The notes: generated by a model not told the origin, from the sequence alone. A DNA stretch of 61,731 nucleotides, filler included, from 8 parts of 8 records of this genome joined end to end with filler, not necessarily neighbours in it, one strand, 5' to 3'. Shown: positions 39,365 to 50,474, counted from the whole stretch's first letter. Made by a program: numbers and translations.

Positions 39365-40840
39365 ATGAAAAAAACTAGAATTTCAGTTGTGCTTGTTTTA
39401 TGTGTTGTATTTGCAATGTTGCTTACTTCATGTGCTCAAGCTGGTGTAGCAATGGACAGATCTGAACTTGGTAAAAAAGGTGAACCAAAATACATCTTTT
39501 ACCTAATTGGCGACGGACTTGGGGCTTCTCAAAGACAAGTTTCTGAATACTACCTACAACAAACAACTGGTGATGAAGAAACTAAGCTTTATATGAACTC
39601 ATTACCTGTTGCTGGTATAAACACCACATATTCAGCAGATACACTTGTAACAGACTCAGCTGCTGCTGGTACTGCACTTGCTTGCGGAGTTAAAACAAAC
39701 AATGGGTATATCGCTATGACACCAGAAGGTGTTTCATCAAAAACTCTGATCGAAAGCGTTCAAGAGCTAGGATATGCTACTGGTATTGTTACAAGCACAA
39801 GACTTACGCATGCAACACCTGCTGCATTTGTTGCTCACAATGAATCAAGAAATGATGAAAACGGAATAGCTGAAGAATATGTAACATCTGACGTGGATTT
39901 CATCGCTGGCGGTGGTGTAAGACATTTTTTACCTTCATCCTATGAAGCTGCTGAAGAAGATGCAATGGGAAAATCAATTAAATCAAAACGTGAAGATGAT
40001 AAAGACCTTGTTGCTGAGTTTGCGGATGCTGGATACAAGACTTTTGTTGCTGGAGAAGGTTCTGATGCTTTAAATTCATATGTGCCACAAGATGGTGATA
40101 AAGTTTTTGCTGCGCTAACTTATAGCCATATGCCTTATGAAATTGACAGAACTAATGCTGACACTGATCTTATGAGCTTATCTGAACTAACAGAGCTTGC
40201 TGTTGAAAGACTTTCACTTGATAAAGAAGGATTTATGCTTATGGTAGAGGGTGGAAGAATTGACCACGCTTCTCATCCAAATGACGTTGTTGGAACAATT
40301 CACGATACATTGGAGTTTGATGAAGTTGTAGAAGTTGCTATGGATTTTTATAATCAGTATCCAGATGAAACAATGATTATTGTTGTTGGTGACCACGAAA
40401 CTGGTGGTATGGGTCTTGGGTTTGCTACAGATTATTTCTTAAACATGGATCAAATTGAAGGAATCACAGGTTCTTTTGAAGGATCATACGGATATGCATA
40501 TGAAAAAGACGGCGACAGAGACGCATATTTTAAAATGCTTGAGTCACTTGGAATCAAAGATTTAACAACAGAAGAAAAGGCTGAAATCGAAGTTGGTATG
40601 GATAAAGTTGACCAAGAAATTTTTGATGCAAATAACGGATATGAGTATAACGAAGCAGGTCTTGCTGTTAACTCAGTTATCTCAAAAAGAGTTGGTGTAG
40701 AGTGGACAACATATGCTCATACAGGCACACAAATTCCTTTCGGAGTTTTAGGTTCTAACCAATATCTATTTGGTGGGTTTATGGACAACACAGAAATAGC
40801 ACAAACAGTTGCTGAGATCATGGAAGTTTCAATTGGGTAA
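39365..40840 (+). CDS. Alkaline phosphatase (PhoA-type) lipoprotein
   Basis: Lipobox LTSC, IGDG, TDSAAAGTA, THATPAAF, VEGGRIDHASH, GDHETGG. Confidence 0.95.
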   Translation: MKKTRISVVLVLCVVFAMLLTSCAQAGVAMDRSELGKKGEPKYIFYLIGDGLGASQRQVSEYYLQQTTGDEETKLYMNSLPVAGINTTYSADTLVTDSAAAGTALACGVKTNNGYIAMTPEGVSSKTLIESVQELGYATGIVTSTRLTHATPAAFVAHNESRNDENGIAEEYVTSDVDFIAGGGVRHFLPSSYEAAEEDAMGKSIKSKREDDKDLVAEFADAGYKTFVAGEGSDALNSYVPQDGDKVFAALTYSHMPYEIDRTNADTDLMSLSELTELAVERLSLDKEGFMLMVEGGRIDHASHPNDVVGTIHDTLEFDEVVEVAMDFYNQYPDETMIIVVGDHETGGMGLGFATDYFLNMDQIEGITGSFEGSYGYAYEKDGDRDAYFKMLESLGIKDLTTEEKAEIEVGMDKVDQEIFDANNGYEYNEAGLAVNSVISKRVGVEWTTYAHTGTQIPFGVLGSNQYLFGGFMDNTEIAQTVAEIMEVSIG

Positions 40841-40874
40841 TTTTACTTTAATTTGCAGGCGACAGTTGTCATAC

Positions 40875-40974
40875 NNNNNNNNNNNNNNNNNNNNNNNNNN
40901 NNNNNNNNNNNNNNNNNNTTAATTAATTAANNNNNNNNNNNNNNNNNNNNNNNNNNNNNNNNNNNNNNNNNNNN
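40875..40974. other. Artificial contig linker
   Basis: N-run + TTAATTAATTAA + N-run. Confidence 0.98.
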
Positions 40975-41718
40975 GGGGGCACACTCATGCTGACACCCCT
41001 TAAGGGGCTGGACGGTAAAATCTATGCAGTGGCCCAGGGACCGGTGAACACGGGTGGCTTTGGTGCCGGCGGTACCGCCTCGACCGTCGTGAAAAATTTT
41101 CCAACCGTGGGACGGGTCTTGTCCGGTGCAATCATCGAACGGGAGGTGCCCAACAATTTCAAAGACCAGTCGACCCTGATCTTCAGCTTGCACAATCCTG
41201 ATTTGATTACTGCGTCCAGAGTGATCGATGCGATCAATGCCCAGTTCCCCGACCCGGTGGCGCGAGCCGCGGATCCCGGTACCATTGAAGTCCAGGTCCC
41301 TGATCAATATATGGGCAATACGGTTCCCCTTTTGGCGTCGCTCAGCGAGCTTGAAGTGAACCCGGATACCAAGGCGAGGGTGGTGATCAACGAACGAACC
41401 GGTACCGTGGTGATGGGGGAACAGGTTCGCATATCCACCATTGCCATTGCCCATGGTAATTTGAGTATTGTCGTTCGGGAAAACGTCAATGTTTCTCAAC
41501 CCTTGCCATTTTCCGAGGGGCAGACCGTGGCAACGCCGAGCACCCAGATCAATGTTCAGGAGGATGGCAACAAGCTGATCGTGGTTCCCAAGGGCGTCAG
41601 CATCGGTCAAGTCGTCAATGCCCTCAATGCACTTGGCGTTACGCCCCGCGATTTAATTGCCATATTTCAGGCCATCAAGGCGGCCGGAGCTCTTCAGGCG
41701 GATTTGGAGGTGATTTAA
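40975..41718 (+). CDS. flgI: Flagellar P-ring protein (5' truncated)
   Basis: DGKIYAVAQG, VVINERTGTVVMG, LNALGVTPRDLIAI. Confidence 0.95.
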   Translation, partial: GGTLMLTPLKGLDGKIYAVAQGPVNTGGFGAGGTASTVVKNFPTVGRVLSGAIIEREVPNNFKDQSTLIFSLHNPDLITASRVIDAINAQFPDPVARAADPGTIEVQVPDQYMGNTVPLLASLSELEVNPDTKARVVINERTGTVVMGEQVRISTIAIAHGNLSIVVRENVNVSQPLPFSEGQTVATPSTQINVQEDGNKLIVVPKGVSIGQVVNALNALGVTPRDLIAIFQAIKAAGALQADLEVI

Positions 41719-42050
41719 TGTCCGATTTCAATCCAACGGGGATCGGCAGCACCCTGTTTCAGCTGCAGGCATTCGGTCCCGACAGCGTCGTGTCACGTGA
41801 TCCGGCCAGCAAAGAAAATGACGGACAAAACAAGGCCGACATGGAAGCGGCCAGCCGCCAGTTCGAATCGTTGCTGCTGAATTTCATGATTCGCGAGATG
41901 CGGGCCACGGTACCTGAATCCGGTTTGTTGCCCCCATCCATGGCCCAGGATATATTCACCTCCATGCTCGACGAACGGTATGCCGATGCCATGGCTGAAA
42001 GCGGCGGGATCGGCCTATCGCGGATGCTTATGGAACAACTGGAGAAGTGA
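41718..42050 (+). CDS. flgJ: Rod-binding protein FlgJ (short form, no muramidase)
   Basis: QFESL..MIREMRATVP...MLD..A.....GGIGL. Confidence 0.85.
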   Translation: MSDFNPTGIGSTLFQLQAFGPDSVVSRDPASKENDGQNKADMEAASRQFESLLLNFMIREMRATVPESGLLPPSMAQDIFTSMLDERYADAMAESGGIGLSRMLMEQLEK

Positions 42051-42089
42051 AGGGTGAATCGTTGGCGCCCATCCATAAAAGATGAACAT

Positions 42090-42117
42090 TAAAGTGGAAC
42101 CAAGAAAAAGCCGATGA
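42090..42117 (+). promoter_or_regulatory. Sigma28 (FliA) promoter upstream of flgM
   Basis: TAAA-N16-GCCGATGA. Confidence 0.65.
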
Positions 42118-42216
42118 ATATGCTGAATACCAGTATCTGCCGTGACCACTTGCCCTATCAAGATTGCATCGTTGGTTTATGGGACGACTGGTCAGTGTAC
42201 CATAGGAGATCAATGG

Positions 42217-42544
42217 ATGGAAATTCCCGGGAAACCCCTTGTTTGCGCCGAAACCCAACACGCCTGGCAAAGAAGATCCGCAAGGTGGCGTATCGCCGGA
42301 TCCAGACCGATCGCGAGTTGAGAACGATACCGTTGATTTATCAGAAAATGCCTATGAAATCCGGGAAATGGTACACAAGGTCAACAATTTACCCGATGTT
42401 CGGGAAGCGAAGGTGGCCGAATTGAAACGACGCATTGCATCCGGCTCCTATCGGGTGATGAACGATTCGGTCGCGTCCCGTCTGATTGGAGAGACAGTGG
42501 AAAACAACACTATCTTCAATCAGATGGATGAAGTTGATGATTGA
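42217..42544 (+). CDS. flgM: Anti-sigma28 factor FlgM; probable frameshift in C-run 42235-42238
   Basis: DTVDLS...PDVREAKVAELKRRIASGSY; AGGAG RBS precedes out-of-frame ATGs at 42213 and 42217. Confidence 0.85.
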
Positions 42545-42563
42545 TGCTTATGGAGGAGCTCGT

Positions 42564-43076
42564 ATGAACCAGACGCTTACCCAGTTGCTGGAAACGATGG
42601 ACGATGAGATAGGGGAGTACCGTGAAATGCAGGCCGTTTTATCCCAAGAACGGGACGCGGCAACACGGTCGGACAAAGATCGACTGATGCATATCTGTCA
42701 GGACAAGCAGGCCGTTGGTCAGCGAATTGCAAGAACGGAGAACAGGCGTCAGGCACTGGTCGAACGGTTGGCCAACCACTATGGGCTCCAGAACCGTCCG
42801 CTGACGGTCAGCAATCTGTGCGTCTGCCTTGGGGAGCCATACGCATCTCGTTTGAAAGCGGTGGCCGGCGACCTTAAAACACTTGTCGAAACCGTTCGGC
42901 GGGAAAATGATGCCAACGCTAAACTGTTTTCCCACGCGCTGGAATTGATTCATGGATCGCTGAAGCTGATCAATGAGCTCATATATGCCCATCCGGTATA
43001 CAAAAAACCCGGAAGCGAACATCGAATGCAAGGGTATGCCGGTGACCGAGGCAAAGTATTTTGCGGGAGTGTCTAA
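42564..43076 (+). CDS. flgN: Flagellar export chaperone FlgN
   Basis: GGAGGAG RBS; helical protein with N..N motif between flgM and flgK. Confidence 0.8.
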   Translation: MNQTLTQLLETMDDEIGEYREMQAVLSQERDAATRSDKDRLMHICQDKQAVGQRIARTENRRQALVERLANHYGLQNRPLTVSNLCVCLGEPYASRLKAVAGDLKTLVETVRRENDANAKLFSHALELIHGSLKLINELIYAHPVYKKPGSEHRMQGYAGDRGKVFCGSV

Positions 43077-43132
43077 CATACGCGTGCGTTGCACTTTACC
43101 GTCAGGAAAAGTAGGGCAAGGAGAATACGGTT

Positions 43133-44527
43133 ATGGCCAACATCATTTACGGAATGTTCAATGTCGCCAGTACGGCACTGCTCACCCAGCAGAAGGCGTT
43201 GGATGTAACGGCCAACAATATTGCCAACGTTAATACGGAAGGGTATTCCCGGCAGCGTGTCACCATGGAGCAAAATCAACCGGTACGCTACCAAGGGGGC
43301 ACCCTGGGCACCGGTGTTCATGCCAACCAGTATATTCAGCGCGTCTACGACCAGTTCATCAACGCCCAGCTCGCTGCGTCCGAATCTTCATCCGGTCGGT
43401 GGGACGCTGAACTGGAAACGTTGGAAAAGGCCGAGTTGATGTTCGATGAAACATCCGGTTACGGGCTGAATGATGCCCTGGCGCAATTCTGGAACTCATG
43501 GCAGGAGCTCTCCAACGATCCGTCGGGATACACGGAAAGGGTTTCCCTGATCGCCGACACACAGAATCTCGCAGATGTTTTCAACAGCCTGTCAGAAGGA
43601 TTGTCTGAAGTCCAATCCGACAGCGATGAAAGTGTCGTGGTGGCGGTGGATCAGATCAACACCCTGTCCAGTGAAATTGCCGAGTTGAATCTAAAAATCG
43701 CCGAAATCGAAGCCGGCGGGCATAGCGCCAATGAATTCAGTGATGCAAGGGACATGAAGCTATCGGAACTTTCCGGTCTCATTGACATCAACAGTTTTGA
43801 AGATGCGGACGGTTACTTGACCATTACCACGGCGAATGGCAATACCCTGGTCGATCGGACCACCTCATGGGATCTTACCACCAACGAAAACTCCGATGGT
43901 CATAAAGATGTATTCTGGGTCAGCAGTACCGGGACCCAGAGGAATATTACCGACGATATCAGTACCGGTAAGCTGAGGGGCTGGATCGAGGCAAGGGATG
44001 AAACCATTGCCGGCTATAAAGAGCGACTGGATGAACTGGCCGGGACCATCATCAGCGAAGTAAATACGCTGCATAGTAGCGGAAACACACTCGATGGAAC
44101 GTCCCTGGTCGACTTTTTCACCGGAAGTGACGCTTCTGATATCGCCATCAATACCGATATCGTTGACAACGCCAACCTGATCGCGGCCGCTTCGGGTACC
44201 GAAGCCATACCCGGCGGCAATGGCAACACCGTCGCCATTGCCGAGCTGCAAAATACCTTGACCATGAGCACGAGTACTGCCACTTTTGACGATTTTTATA
44301 ATGCCTTGGCCGGCGATGTGGGAAGCGATGTGGCCCAGGCGCAGACCAACAGTGATCACCAATCCGCGGTGTCTTTACAGTTATCCTCCTATCATGAGGA
44401 GATATCAGGGGTTTCCCTCGATGAGGAAATGATCGCTTTGGTTCAGTATCAGAGTGCCTACAATGCCGCTGCGAAATTAGTTAGCACGGTGGATGAAATG
44501 CTCGAATCCCTCATTGGCATGGTTTGA
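43133..44527 (+). CDS. flgK: Hook-associated protein 1
   Basis: NNIANVNTEGYSRQ, SGVSLDEE, YQSAYNAAAK. Confidence 0.95.
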   Translation: MANIIYGMFNVASTALLTQQKALDVTANNIANVNTEGYSRQRVTMEQNQPVRYQGGTLGTGVHANQYIQRVYDQFINAQLAASESSSGRWDAELETLEKAELMFDETSGYGLNDALAQFWNSWQELSNDPSGYTERVSLIADTQNLADVFNSLSEGLSEVQSDSDESVVVAVDQINTLSSEIAELNLKIAEIEAGGHSANEFSDARDMKLSELSGLIDINSFEDADGYLTITTANGNTLVDRTTSWDLTTNENSDGHKDVFWVSSTGTQRNITDDISTGKLRGWIEARDETIAGYKERLDELAGTIISEVNTLHSSGNTLDGTSLVDFFTGSDASDIAINTDIVDNANLIAAASGTEAIPGGNGNTVAIAELQNTLTMSTSTATFDDFYNALAGDVGSDVAQAQTNSDHQSAVSLQLSSYHEEISGVSLDEEMIALVQYQSAYNAAAKLVSTVDEMLESLIGMV

Positions 44528-44550
44528 TCGATAGACAATAGGAGATCCCT

Positions 44551-45423
44551 ATGAGAATCAGTGCAAGAATTATGGCGGAAAACATTAAAGCCAATCTGGC
44601 CAAGCAAAGCTTGCAATTGATGAACTCACAGACGAAGATAGCCACCGGTAAACGGATCAATAGTCTCTCTGATGATCCCAGCGGTATGGAGAAGGTGCTG
44701 AACTATAGGACGACGCTGACTACCATTGAGCAGTACCAGCAGAACATCACCGAAGCCAAGACCCGGGTGGAGTACACCGAAACGGTGTTGGGACAGATCA
44801 ATGATTTGGTCGATGATGCCACGACAATTGCATCAAACCCGGACTCCGACAACCGGGAAGCGCTTGCTCAGCAAATAGCCAACATGCGTGATCAGATAAT
44901 GGGGTTGGTCAATTCGAAGTACGGCAATAATTACATTTTTCATGGACATCTTACCGACACGCCTCCTTTTGATGAAACCACTGGCGCTTATGACTCCAGC
45001 GCCGGCAGCGATGGCAACCACAGTGTCATTATCGGCGATAGTATACAGGTCACCCTCAACGCCGATGGCAGCGACATGTTCATTGAAAGCGGAGACAACC
45101 TGTTTGCCGTCTTGGATGACCTGGAGACCGCACTTCTGGCCGACAGTGATACGGATATCGCCGCCGCCGTAAATCCCCTTTATCGAATTGGTGATCAACT
45201 GGAAACGACTCGCTCTGGGGCGTCGGCAATCTATAACCGATTGGAAAAGACCGATGAACACTGGGAGGCCTTTAGTCTGTCGGTAGAAAACATGCGGTCA
45301 TCTGTCGAAGATGCGGACGTCACCGAGGCCGCCATCGACCTACAACTCCAACAAGCCTCATACGAAGTGCTTCTTCAGGTGGCCGCCAAGGTGGTCCAGC
45401 CGACACTGGTTGACTTTTTATAA
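44551..45423 (+). CDS. flgL: Hook-associated protein 3
   Basis: TGKRINSLSDDP, EDAD, TLVDFL terminus. Confidence 0.93.
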   Translation: MRISARIMAENIKANLAKQSLQLMNSQTKIATGKRINSLSDDPSGMEKVLNYRTTLTTIEQYQQNITEAKTRVEYTETVLGQINDLVDDATTIASNPDSDNREALAQQIANMRDQIMGLVNSKYGNNYIFHGHLTDTPPFDETTGAYDSSAGSDGNHSVIIGDSIQVTLNADGSDMFIESGDNLFAVLDDLETALLADSDTDIAAAVNPLYRIGDQLETTRSGASAIYNRLEKTDEHWEAFSLSVENMRSSVEDADVTEAAIDLQLQQASYEVLLQVAAKVVQPTLVDFL

Positions 45424-45473
45424 CGACCACAGGCTAATACGCTATTCCCATAAGCCTGCTTTTCAACGCCTGA

Positions 45474-46243
45474 TCATTCATCCACGGTTGTCTGCCGAAG
45501 CACCATGTTTTCACGGCCAGGAATAGTCCCCACGATGATTTCGACCCGCCTGTTTTTTCGCCTGCCGCTTTTGCTATGATTATCCGCAAGCGGACGATAT
45601 TCGCCAAAACCCATTGTGGATACCCGTTTGGGGTCGATTGCCGTATGATCCAGCAGGAATTCGGCGACGGTTGCTGCACGGGCAATGGATAATTTGAGGT
45701 TGGTTTGAAATGGCCCGCCATGCACCGGCACATTGTCAGTATGCCCGGCAATGATAATTCCACCGGATGTGACTTCCTGGGCTGTGATTTGACCGATGCG
45801 CAGAATCAACGGCTGGAGTTCGGTTTTTATATCCGCTTTTCCCGAGTCGAAAGTACTTTCCCCCATCAATCGAATGACCAGTTGGTCTTTGCTTGCATCC
45901 AATTCAACGTCATCTTCGATTTTTCCATAGAGCTCATCGAAATTTTCTTCCATTTCACGGCCGATGAATTGCTTGATTCGTGTGGCAATGGCTGTCTGGT
46001 CAAAGTCCTTGGCAATTATTTTCAGTCCATGCAGGGGGAGTCGGCCACATTTTTTTGACGCTGCATGCCGAATGCCTTCTCCATGGATCCGGCCACCTGC
46101 TTATATTTCTGACGGTCGATCTCGGAGAACGACAACAGCAGCACGAAAAAGCAGAGTAAAAGGCTCATCAAATCGCCAAAAGTGGCCATCCACTTCGGGG
46201 CGCCGGTTTCACATGGAGGGCATTCCTGGTTGTCGTCACTCAT
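45474..46243 (-). CDS. motB: Flagellar stator MotB; frameshift at C5 run 46034-46038
   Basis: WMATFGDLMSLLLCFFVLL and OmpA-like domain (GHTDN, NRRVEI) are in different frames, joined by one added C. Confidence 0.9.
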
Positions 46244-46255
46244 GGCTTACCTTAT

Positions 46256-47032
46256 TTATTCGGATTCTTCCCCAGAGGCTGCGGCGGCTTCCCGTTTCTT
46301 GGGAGTAAGAAATATTTTGAGGGATTCCTCAAGCACCATGGGCGAGACACCTCGGTTGATGGCAATGGCTGCTTCGACAATGATGTTTTTATTCAACCGT
46401 TCCTGTTCGCTTCTCAGGGCCAGTTTGTCGGCGATCGGCAGGGCGATGAGATTGGCGATGACCGCGCCGTACAAGGTTGTCAACAGGGCGACGGCCATGG
46501 ACGGCCCGATGCTGGCCGGATCGGACATGGACGACAGCATTTGCACGAGCCCGATCAGGGTTCCGACCATACCGAAAGCCGGAGCGGTATCTCCCATCCC
46601 CTTGAATACATTCTGACCCGTGGTATGCCGCTGGCTCATCAGGCGAATATCCTTGTTGAGCATGTCTGAAATCAAGCCTTCATCATAACCATCGGACAGA
46701 TATCGAAGGGCCTTGGCGGAGAAAGGATCCGATGGGGTTTCCTTTTCCAGGGCGATCAAGCCCTCCTTTTTAGCGATGCGGGTGAATTCTACCATCTCTC
46801 CGATGATATTCTCCGGCGCTTCCATCTTGACCAAAAAAGCTTTCATGGCCACACTGATGGAACCGATGACATCCGCCATGGTGAACTTGATGAACGTGGC
46901 GGCCAGGGTGCCGCCAACGACAATTAACAGGCCAGGGATATTGAGGAATACTAAGGCGCTGCCACCGATGAGGATGGAGAACAAAATTAATACAGACCCG
47001 CTGACCAGACCAATAATGGTTGCTAAATCCAT
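46256..47032 (-). CDS. motA: Flagellar stator MotA/PomA
   Basis: APAFGMVGTLIGL, MAVALLTTLYG. Confidence 0.93.
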   Translation of the reverse strand: MDLATIIGLVSGSVLILFSILIGGSALVFLNIPGLLIVVGGTLAATFIKFTMADVIGSISVAMKAFLVKMEAPENIIGEMVEFTRIAKKEGLIALEKETPSDPFSAKALRYLSDGYDEGLISDMLNKDIRLMSQRHTTGQNVFKGMGDTAPAFGMVGTLIGLVQMLSSMSDPASIGPSMAVALLTTLYGAVIANLIALPIADKLALRSEQERLNKNIIVEAAIAINRGVSPMVLEESLKIFLTPKKREAAAASGEESE

Positions 47033-48202
47033 CTATTTCCCCGCAGGTTGGCGAATCAGCACTTTATTGGTTATCGTGCCGATAGAGTGGTATTGTTTGA
47101 GCTTATCAATCGCGTAATCGTTTAATTCAGTATCGGCGGCCATGACAAAAGCACCGGTTTTCATATGCACGTTGGCTGCCAGCACCATGCCGGCTTGAAG
47201 CTCCGCCAGGGTCATTTCCTGATCCCTTTTTCGCGCTTGCTCATGCAAAAAGTCTACATTGAAGGTAAAAAGCAATTCGACTATCTGTGGTGATAACTGA
47301 TAGCCCCGGAAACGCTGCAGGTGATCCGGCACGTTTGCCAAAGGGATTTTCCCTTTGTGGGTCAGATTGTCATAGATGGATGCCGCGGAGATGATCTGGG
47401 CGCCGATGGGGATCTCATCGCCGGCAATCCCATCCGGAAATCCTTTGCCGTTGTGTTGCTCGTGATGCATGCGCACCAACAGGGCCGCGGGCTTCATGAT
47501 TTCTATTTCACCGATGATGCGCGCACCCATTTCAGCGTGGGATTGATACCATTCCCGTTCGTCATTGATCATTTCCGTGCGCTGCTTGTTCAGGATGGAT
47601 TTCGGTATGCCTACCATGCCGATGTCGTGAAGCAGGGCCGCGGCCTCGATGACGGAGTTTTCCGCATCCGCCACATCCGGATGACGGTGGGCCAGCTCGA
47701 CGGCGACCGCGGCGGTGCGCCGGCAATGACCGCCCAACTCCTCATCAAAAACCTCCACGATCTGAGAAAACATGCGGATGGTTTGATAATGGTTGGCGGT
47801 TATGATTTCTACTTTTCGTTTAAGCGTTCGTTCCAGGTTCACGATACGCACGCCGATGTCAATCCGCGCCCGCAATGCGTCCAAATCGATGGGCTTGGTG
47901 ACATAGTCGTCGACGCCGCCTGCCAGGCCGTGGAGAATATCTGCTTGGCTATCCTGGGCGCTGATCAGGATCAGGTAGATGTAGGACGACCCTTCGATTT
48001 CGCGAATTCGGCGACACAGCTCGAGGCCATCCAGACCAGGCATCACCCAGTCACTGATGACAATATCAACGGGGGTGCGACGGACGCATTCCCAGGCACG
48101 GTGGCCATCGGTGGCCTCATGGACTACATGGCCCCACGTTGAAATATTCGACGACAACAGTTTCAACGTGACGGGATCGTCATCTGCAATCAGGATATTC
48201 AT
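47033..48202 (-). CDS. Response regulator with HD-GYP output domain
   Basis: REC domain (ADDD, SDWVMP, KP); HDIG, HHEQHNGKGFP. Confidence 0.88.
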   Translation of the reverse strand: MNILIADDDPVTLKLLSSNISTWGHVVHEATDGHRAWECVRRTPVDIVISDWVMPGLDGLELCRRIREIEGSSYIYLILISAQDSQADILHGLAGGVDDYVTKPIDLDALRARIDIGVRIVNLERTLKRKVEIITANHYQTIRMFSQIVEVFDEELGGHCRRTAAVAVELAHRHPDVADAENSVIEAAALLHDIGMVGIPKSILNKQRTEMINDEREWYQSHAEMGARIIGEIEIMKPAALLVRMHHEQHNGKGFPDGIAGDEIPIGAQIISAASIYDNLTHKGKIPLANVPDHLQRFRGYQLSPQIVELLFTFNVDFLHEQARKRDQEMTLAELQAGMVLAANVHMKTGAFVMAADTELNDYAIDKLKQYHSIGTITNKVLIRQPAGK

Positions 48203-48545
48203 GGCGTTGGTTATTTCAATGTTCGCTGCTGGCCTATCGTTAACTATTCTGGTTTTATCCTAAATTAAGCGGCGTCGCAGGCATGTTTGGTGGCTACGAC
48301 TGTTGCAAATCATATCGGCTGCCGGCATTAAAACTTAAATAATGAATTCCGGTACTTTTATTGCCATTTTACGGGACGTAGCGGTGATCGGGGCACAGTG
48401 ATCGGTGGGCTGGAAATGTCCACTTGACAAGCTTGTCGCGGAACCGGTAGGAACAGGCACAATCATCCGGTTGATGGATCTAATCGATTTTCCCCGAAAG
48501 CCTTTTTTATAAAAGCGATGCGAGAGACAACAGGAGACACCCGCA

Positions 48546-48878
48546 ATGGAAAACGACTGTCTTTTTTGTAAAATTGCCAATGGTCAAATGGATACGCCAT
48601 TTCTTTTTGAAAATGAGAATCTGGTGGTTTTTCGCGATATCAATCCCCACGCGCCGGTCCACCTGTTGATCGTTCCCAAACGGCACATCAGGAGCGTGAA
48701 CGACCTGGCCGGCGGTGACAATGCCATTGTGGCCGAGATGATCATGATCGCCAAACAGATGGCCAAGGCAGAAAGGGTGGACTCCTCTGGGTACAAACTC
48801 CTCTTTAATGTGGAAAAAGGTGGTGGCCAGGTAATTTTTCATCTTCATCTGCATTTAATCGGCGGCTGGCAAAAATGA
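48546..48878 (+). CDS. Histidine triad (HinT-like) nucleotide-binding protein
   Basis: DCLFCKI, DINPHAPVH, GQVIFHLHLHLIGG. Confidence 0.95.
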   Translation: MENDCLFCKIANGQMDTPFLFENENLVVFRDINPHAPVHLLIVPKRHIRSVNDLAGGDNAIVAEMIMIAKQMAKAERVDSSGYKLLFNVEKGGGQVIFHLHLHLIGGWQK

Positions 48879-48899
48879 AAAAGGAAAAAAGGTAGCTTT

Positions 48900-49403
48900 A
48901 TGCGGGTTGTAGTGATTATTCCCTCGCGCTATGGGTCGTCCCGCTTCGACGGCAAACCCCTGGCCCATATTTGTGGCAAGCCGATGATCGAGTGGGTTTA
49001 TCAACGGGCTCTTGAAGCCAGATGTGTCGAGTCAGTGCATGTGGCCACCGATGACCAGCGTATCCGCGACGCGGTCAATGGGTTTGACGGAAACGTCGTG
49101 ATGACCGCTACGGATTGCCGATCGGGAACCGATCGGGTCGCCGAGGCCGCCGAAAGCCTCGGGCTGGGGATGCAAGACATCGTGGTCAACATTCAGGGCG
49201 ACCAGCCGTTGGTGGATCCTCGCAGCTTCGATGCCGTGGTTCAACCGTTTTTCGACGATCCCATGGTGAATATGAGCACGCTGGCATTTGCCATCCAAGA
49301 GGAACGTGAAATTACCGACCCCAAGGACGTCAAGGTTACCTTTGATAACCATGGTGATGCGTTGTACTTCTCCCGTGCGACGATTCCCCACGGGCGGGAA
49401 AGC
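48900..49403 (+). CDS. kdsB: CMP-KDO synthetase (3' truncated)
   Basis: IPSRYGSSRFDGKPL, SGTDR, NIQGD, ALYFSR. Confidence 0.93.
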
Positions 49404-49503
49404 NNNNNNNNNNNNNNNNNNNNNNNNNNNNNNNNNNNNNNNNNNNNTTAATTAATTAANNNNNNNNNNNNNNNNNNNNNNNNNNNNNNNNNNNNNNNNN
49501 NNN
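49404..49503. other. Artificial contig linker
   Basis: N-run + TTAATTAATTAA + N-run. Confidence 0.98.
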
Positions 49504-49704
49504 TTTTTTCTTAGTAGCGCTATTGGCTTCGCTTTTTGCGCTGGAAGATTCAATGATGAGAACAGTTAAAATATCACCAATGCCGCGCGCCCGTCGATCA
49601 GAAAAAAGCGAATTAACATAAGGCTCTTGTGCCATTGATTGAAAAGTGGGCAGAATTATAAAGGAGACTACAAAAAGGAATAGTATAGCAACTCTGTTTT
49701 TCAT
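49504..49704 (-). CDS. flgH: Flagellar L-ring protein (3' truncated)
   Basis: SLFSDRRARGIGDILTVLIIE; follows flgA. Confidence 0.85.
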
Positions 49705-49714
49705 TAAAAATGTC

Positions 49715-50461
49715 CTATAATTTCATTATTGCATTTTTCGAATCCTGAATTTCCGCCTTAAAATAGGTACCACTTTGCGGATTACGGACTTTGATAATAT
49801 CTCCGCTACCACCGTTTTCACAAGCGATGCCTGGAAGTATCAATGATAGATTTTTTGAATACACATGAATACTTAATTGGTGTCCCCTCTCTACTACAGG
49901 AATCGTTTCAAGCATAGAATTTGTCAAAATCCTGCCTTTTAAGAGCCTTCTTTTAGCTCGTTTGCCCACAGCCTGAGATAATGTGGCCGGGTTTTCATGT
50001 TTAGACCATGTCACTTCCCGCCTGGCCTGGATGAGATCCTCAGATGACATTATTTGATCTTTATCTACATTTTTTAAAAGTATTAAAACGCGACAATAGC
50101 GGCGCATTTTAGCCCACACCTTGACAGAATTCCATATTCCCTTTTCATTTTGATATGAAATAGAAAACAGAGTTTTTCCTTTCAAATCACCCTTTTTTCT
50201 GGATGAAACTTTAAAAGAAAAATATTCCAGAGTAGGTATGGTGGCTGGCACGGAAAGTAATTCAACATCAAATTCTGTTTCTGGCTCTCGCATTTGTGCA
50301 TAATTTAAAATAGCTTTTTCAAGCACTGTTTGTATACCAGACTGAAAAGAACGATTTTGAGAGGCTACCACCGTATCAGTGATAAAAGCAGATAAAATAA
50401 TAGAAACAATTGTGATGAACCTATAATAAACTTTTAATTTCATGTCCTTAATCCGTAACAA
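49715..50461 (-). CDS. flgA: P-ring formation chaperone FlgA (start may be 50443)
   Basis: SAF domain; VERG...GIACENG..GDIIKVRNPQSG. Confidence 0.85.
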   Translation of the reverse strand: MLRIKDMKLKVYYRFITIVSIILSAFITDTVVASQNRSFQSGIQTVLEKAILNYAQMREPETEFDVELLSVPATIPTLEYFSFKVSSRKKGDLKGKTLFSISYQNEKGIWNSVKVWAKMRRYCRVLILLKNVDKDQIMSSEDLIQARREVTWSKHENPATLSQAVGKRAKRRLLKGRILTNSMLETIPVVERGHQLSIHVYSKNLSLILPGIACENGGSGDIIKVRNPQSGTYFKAEIQDSKNAIMKL

Positions 50462-50474
50462 CTTTATATATGCC

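Noticed and set aside
45474-46243. motB, flgF and GH43 as true pseudogenes or programmed frameshifts
   Set aside because: Single homopolymer indels with no other decay; sequencing error is more parsimonious.
47321-48142. 273-aa plus-strand ORF and similar antisense ORFs across the window
   Set aside because: Shadow frames of well-supported genes on the opposite strand.
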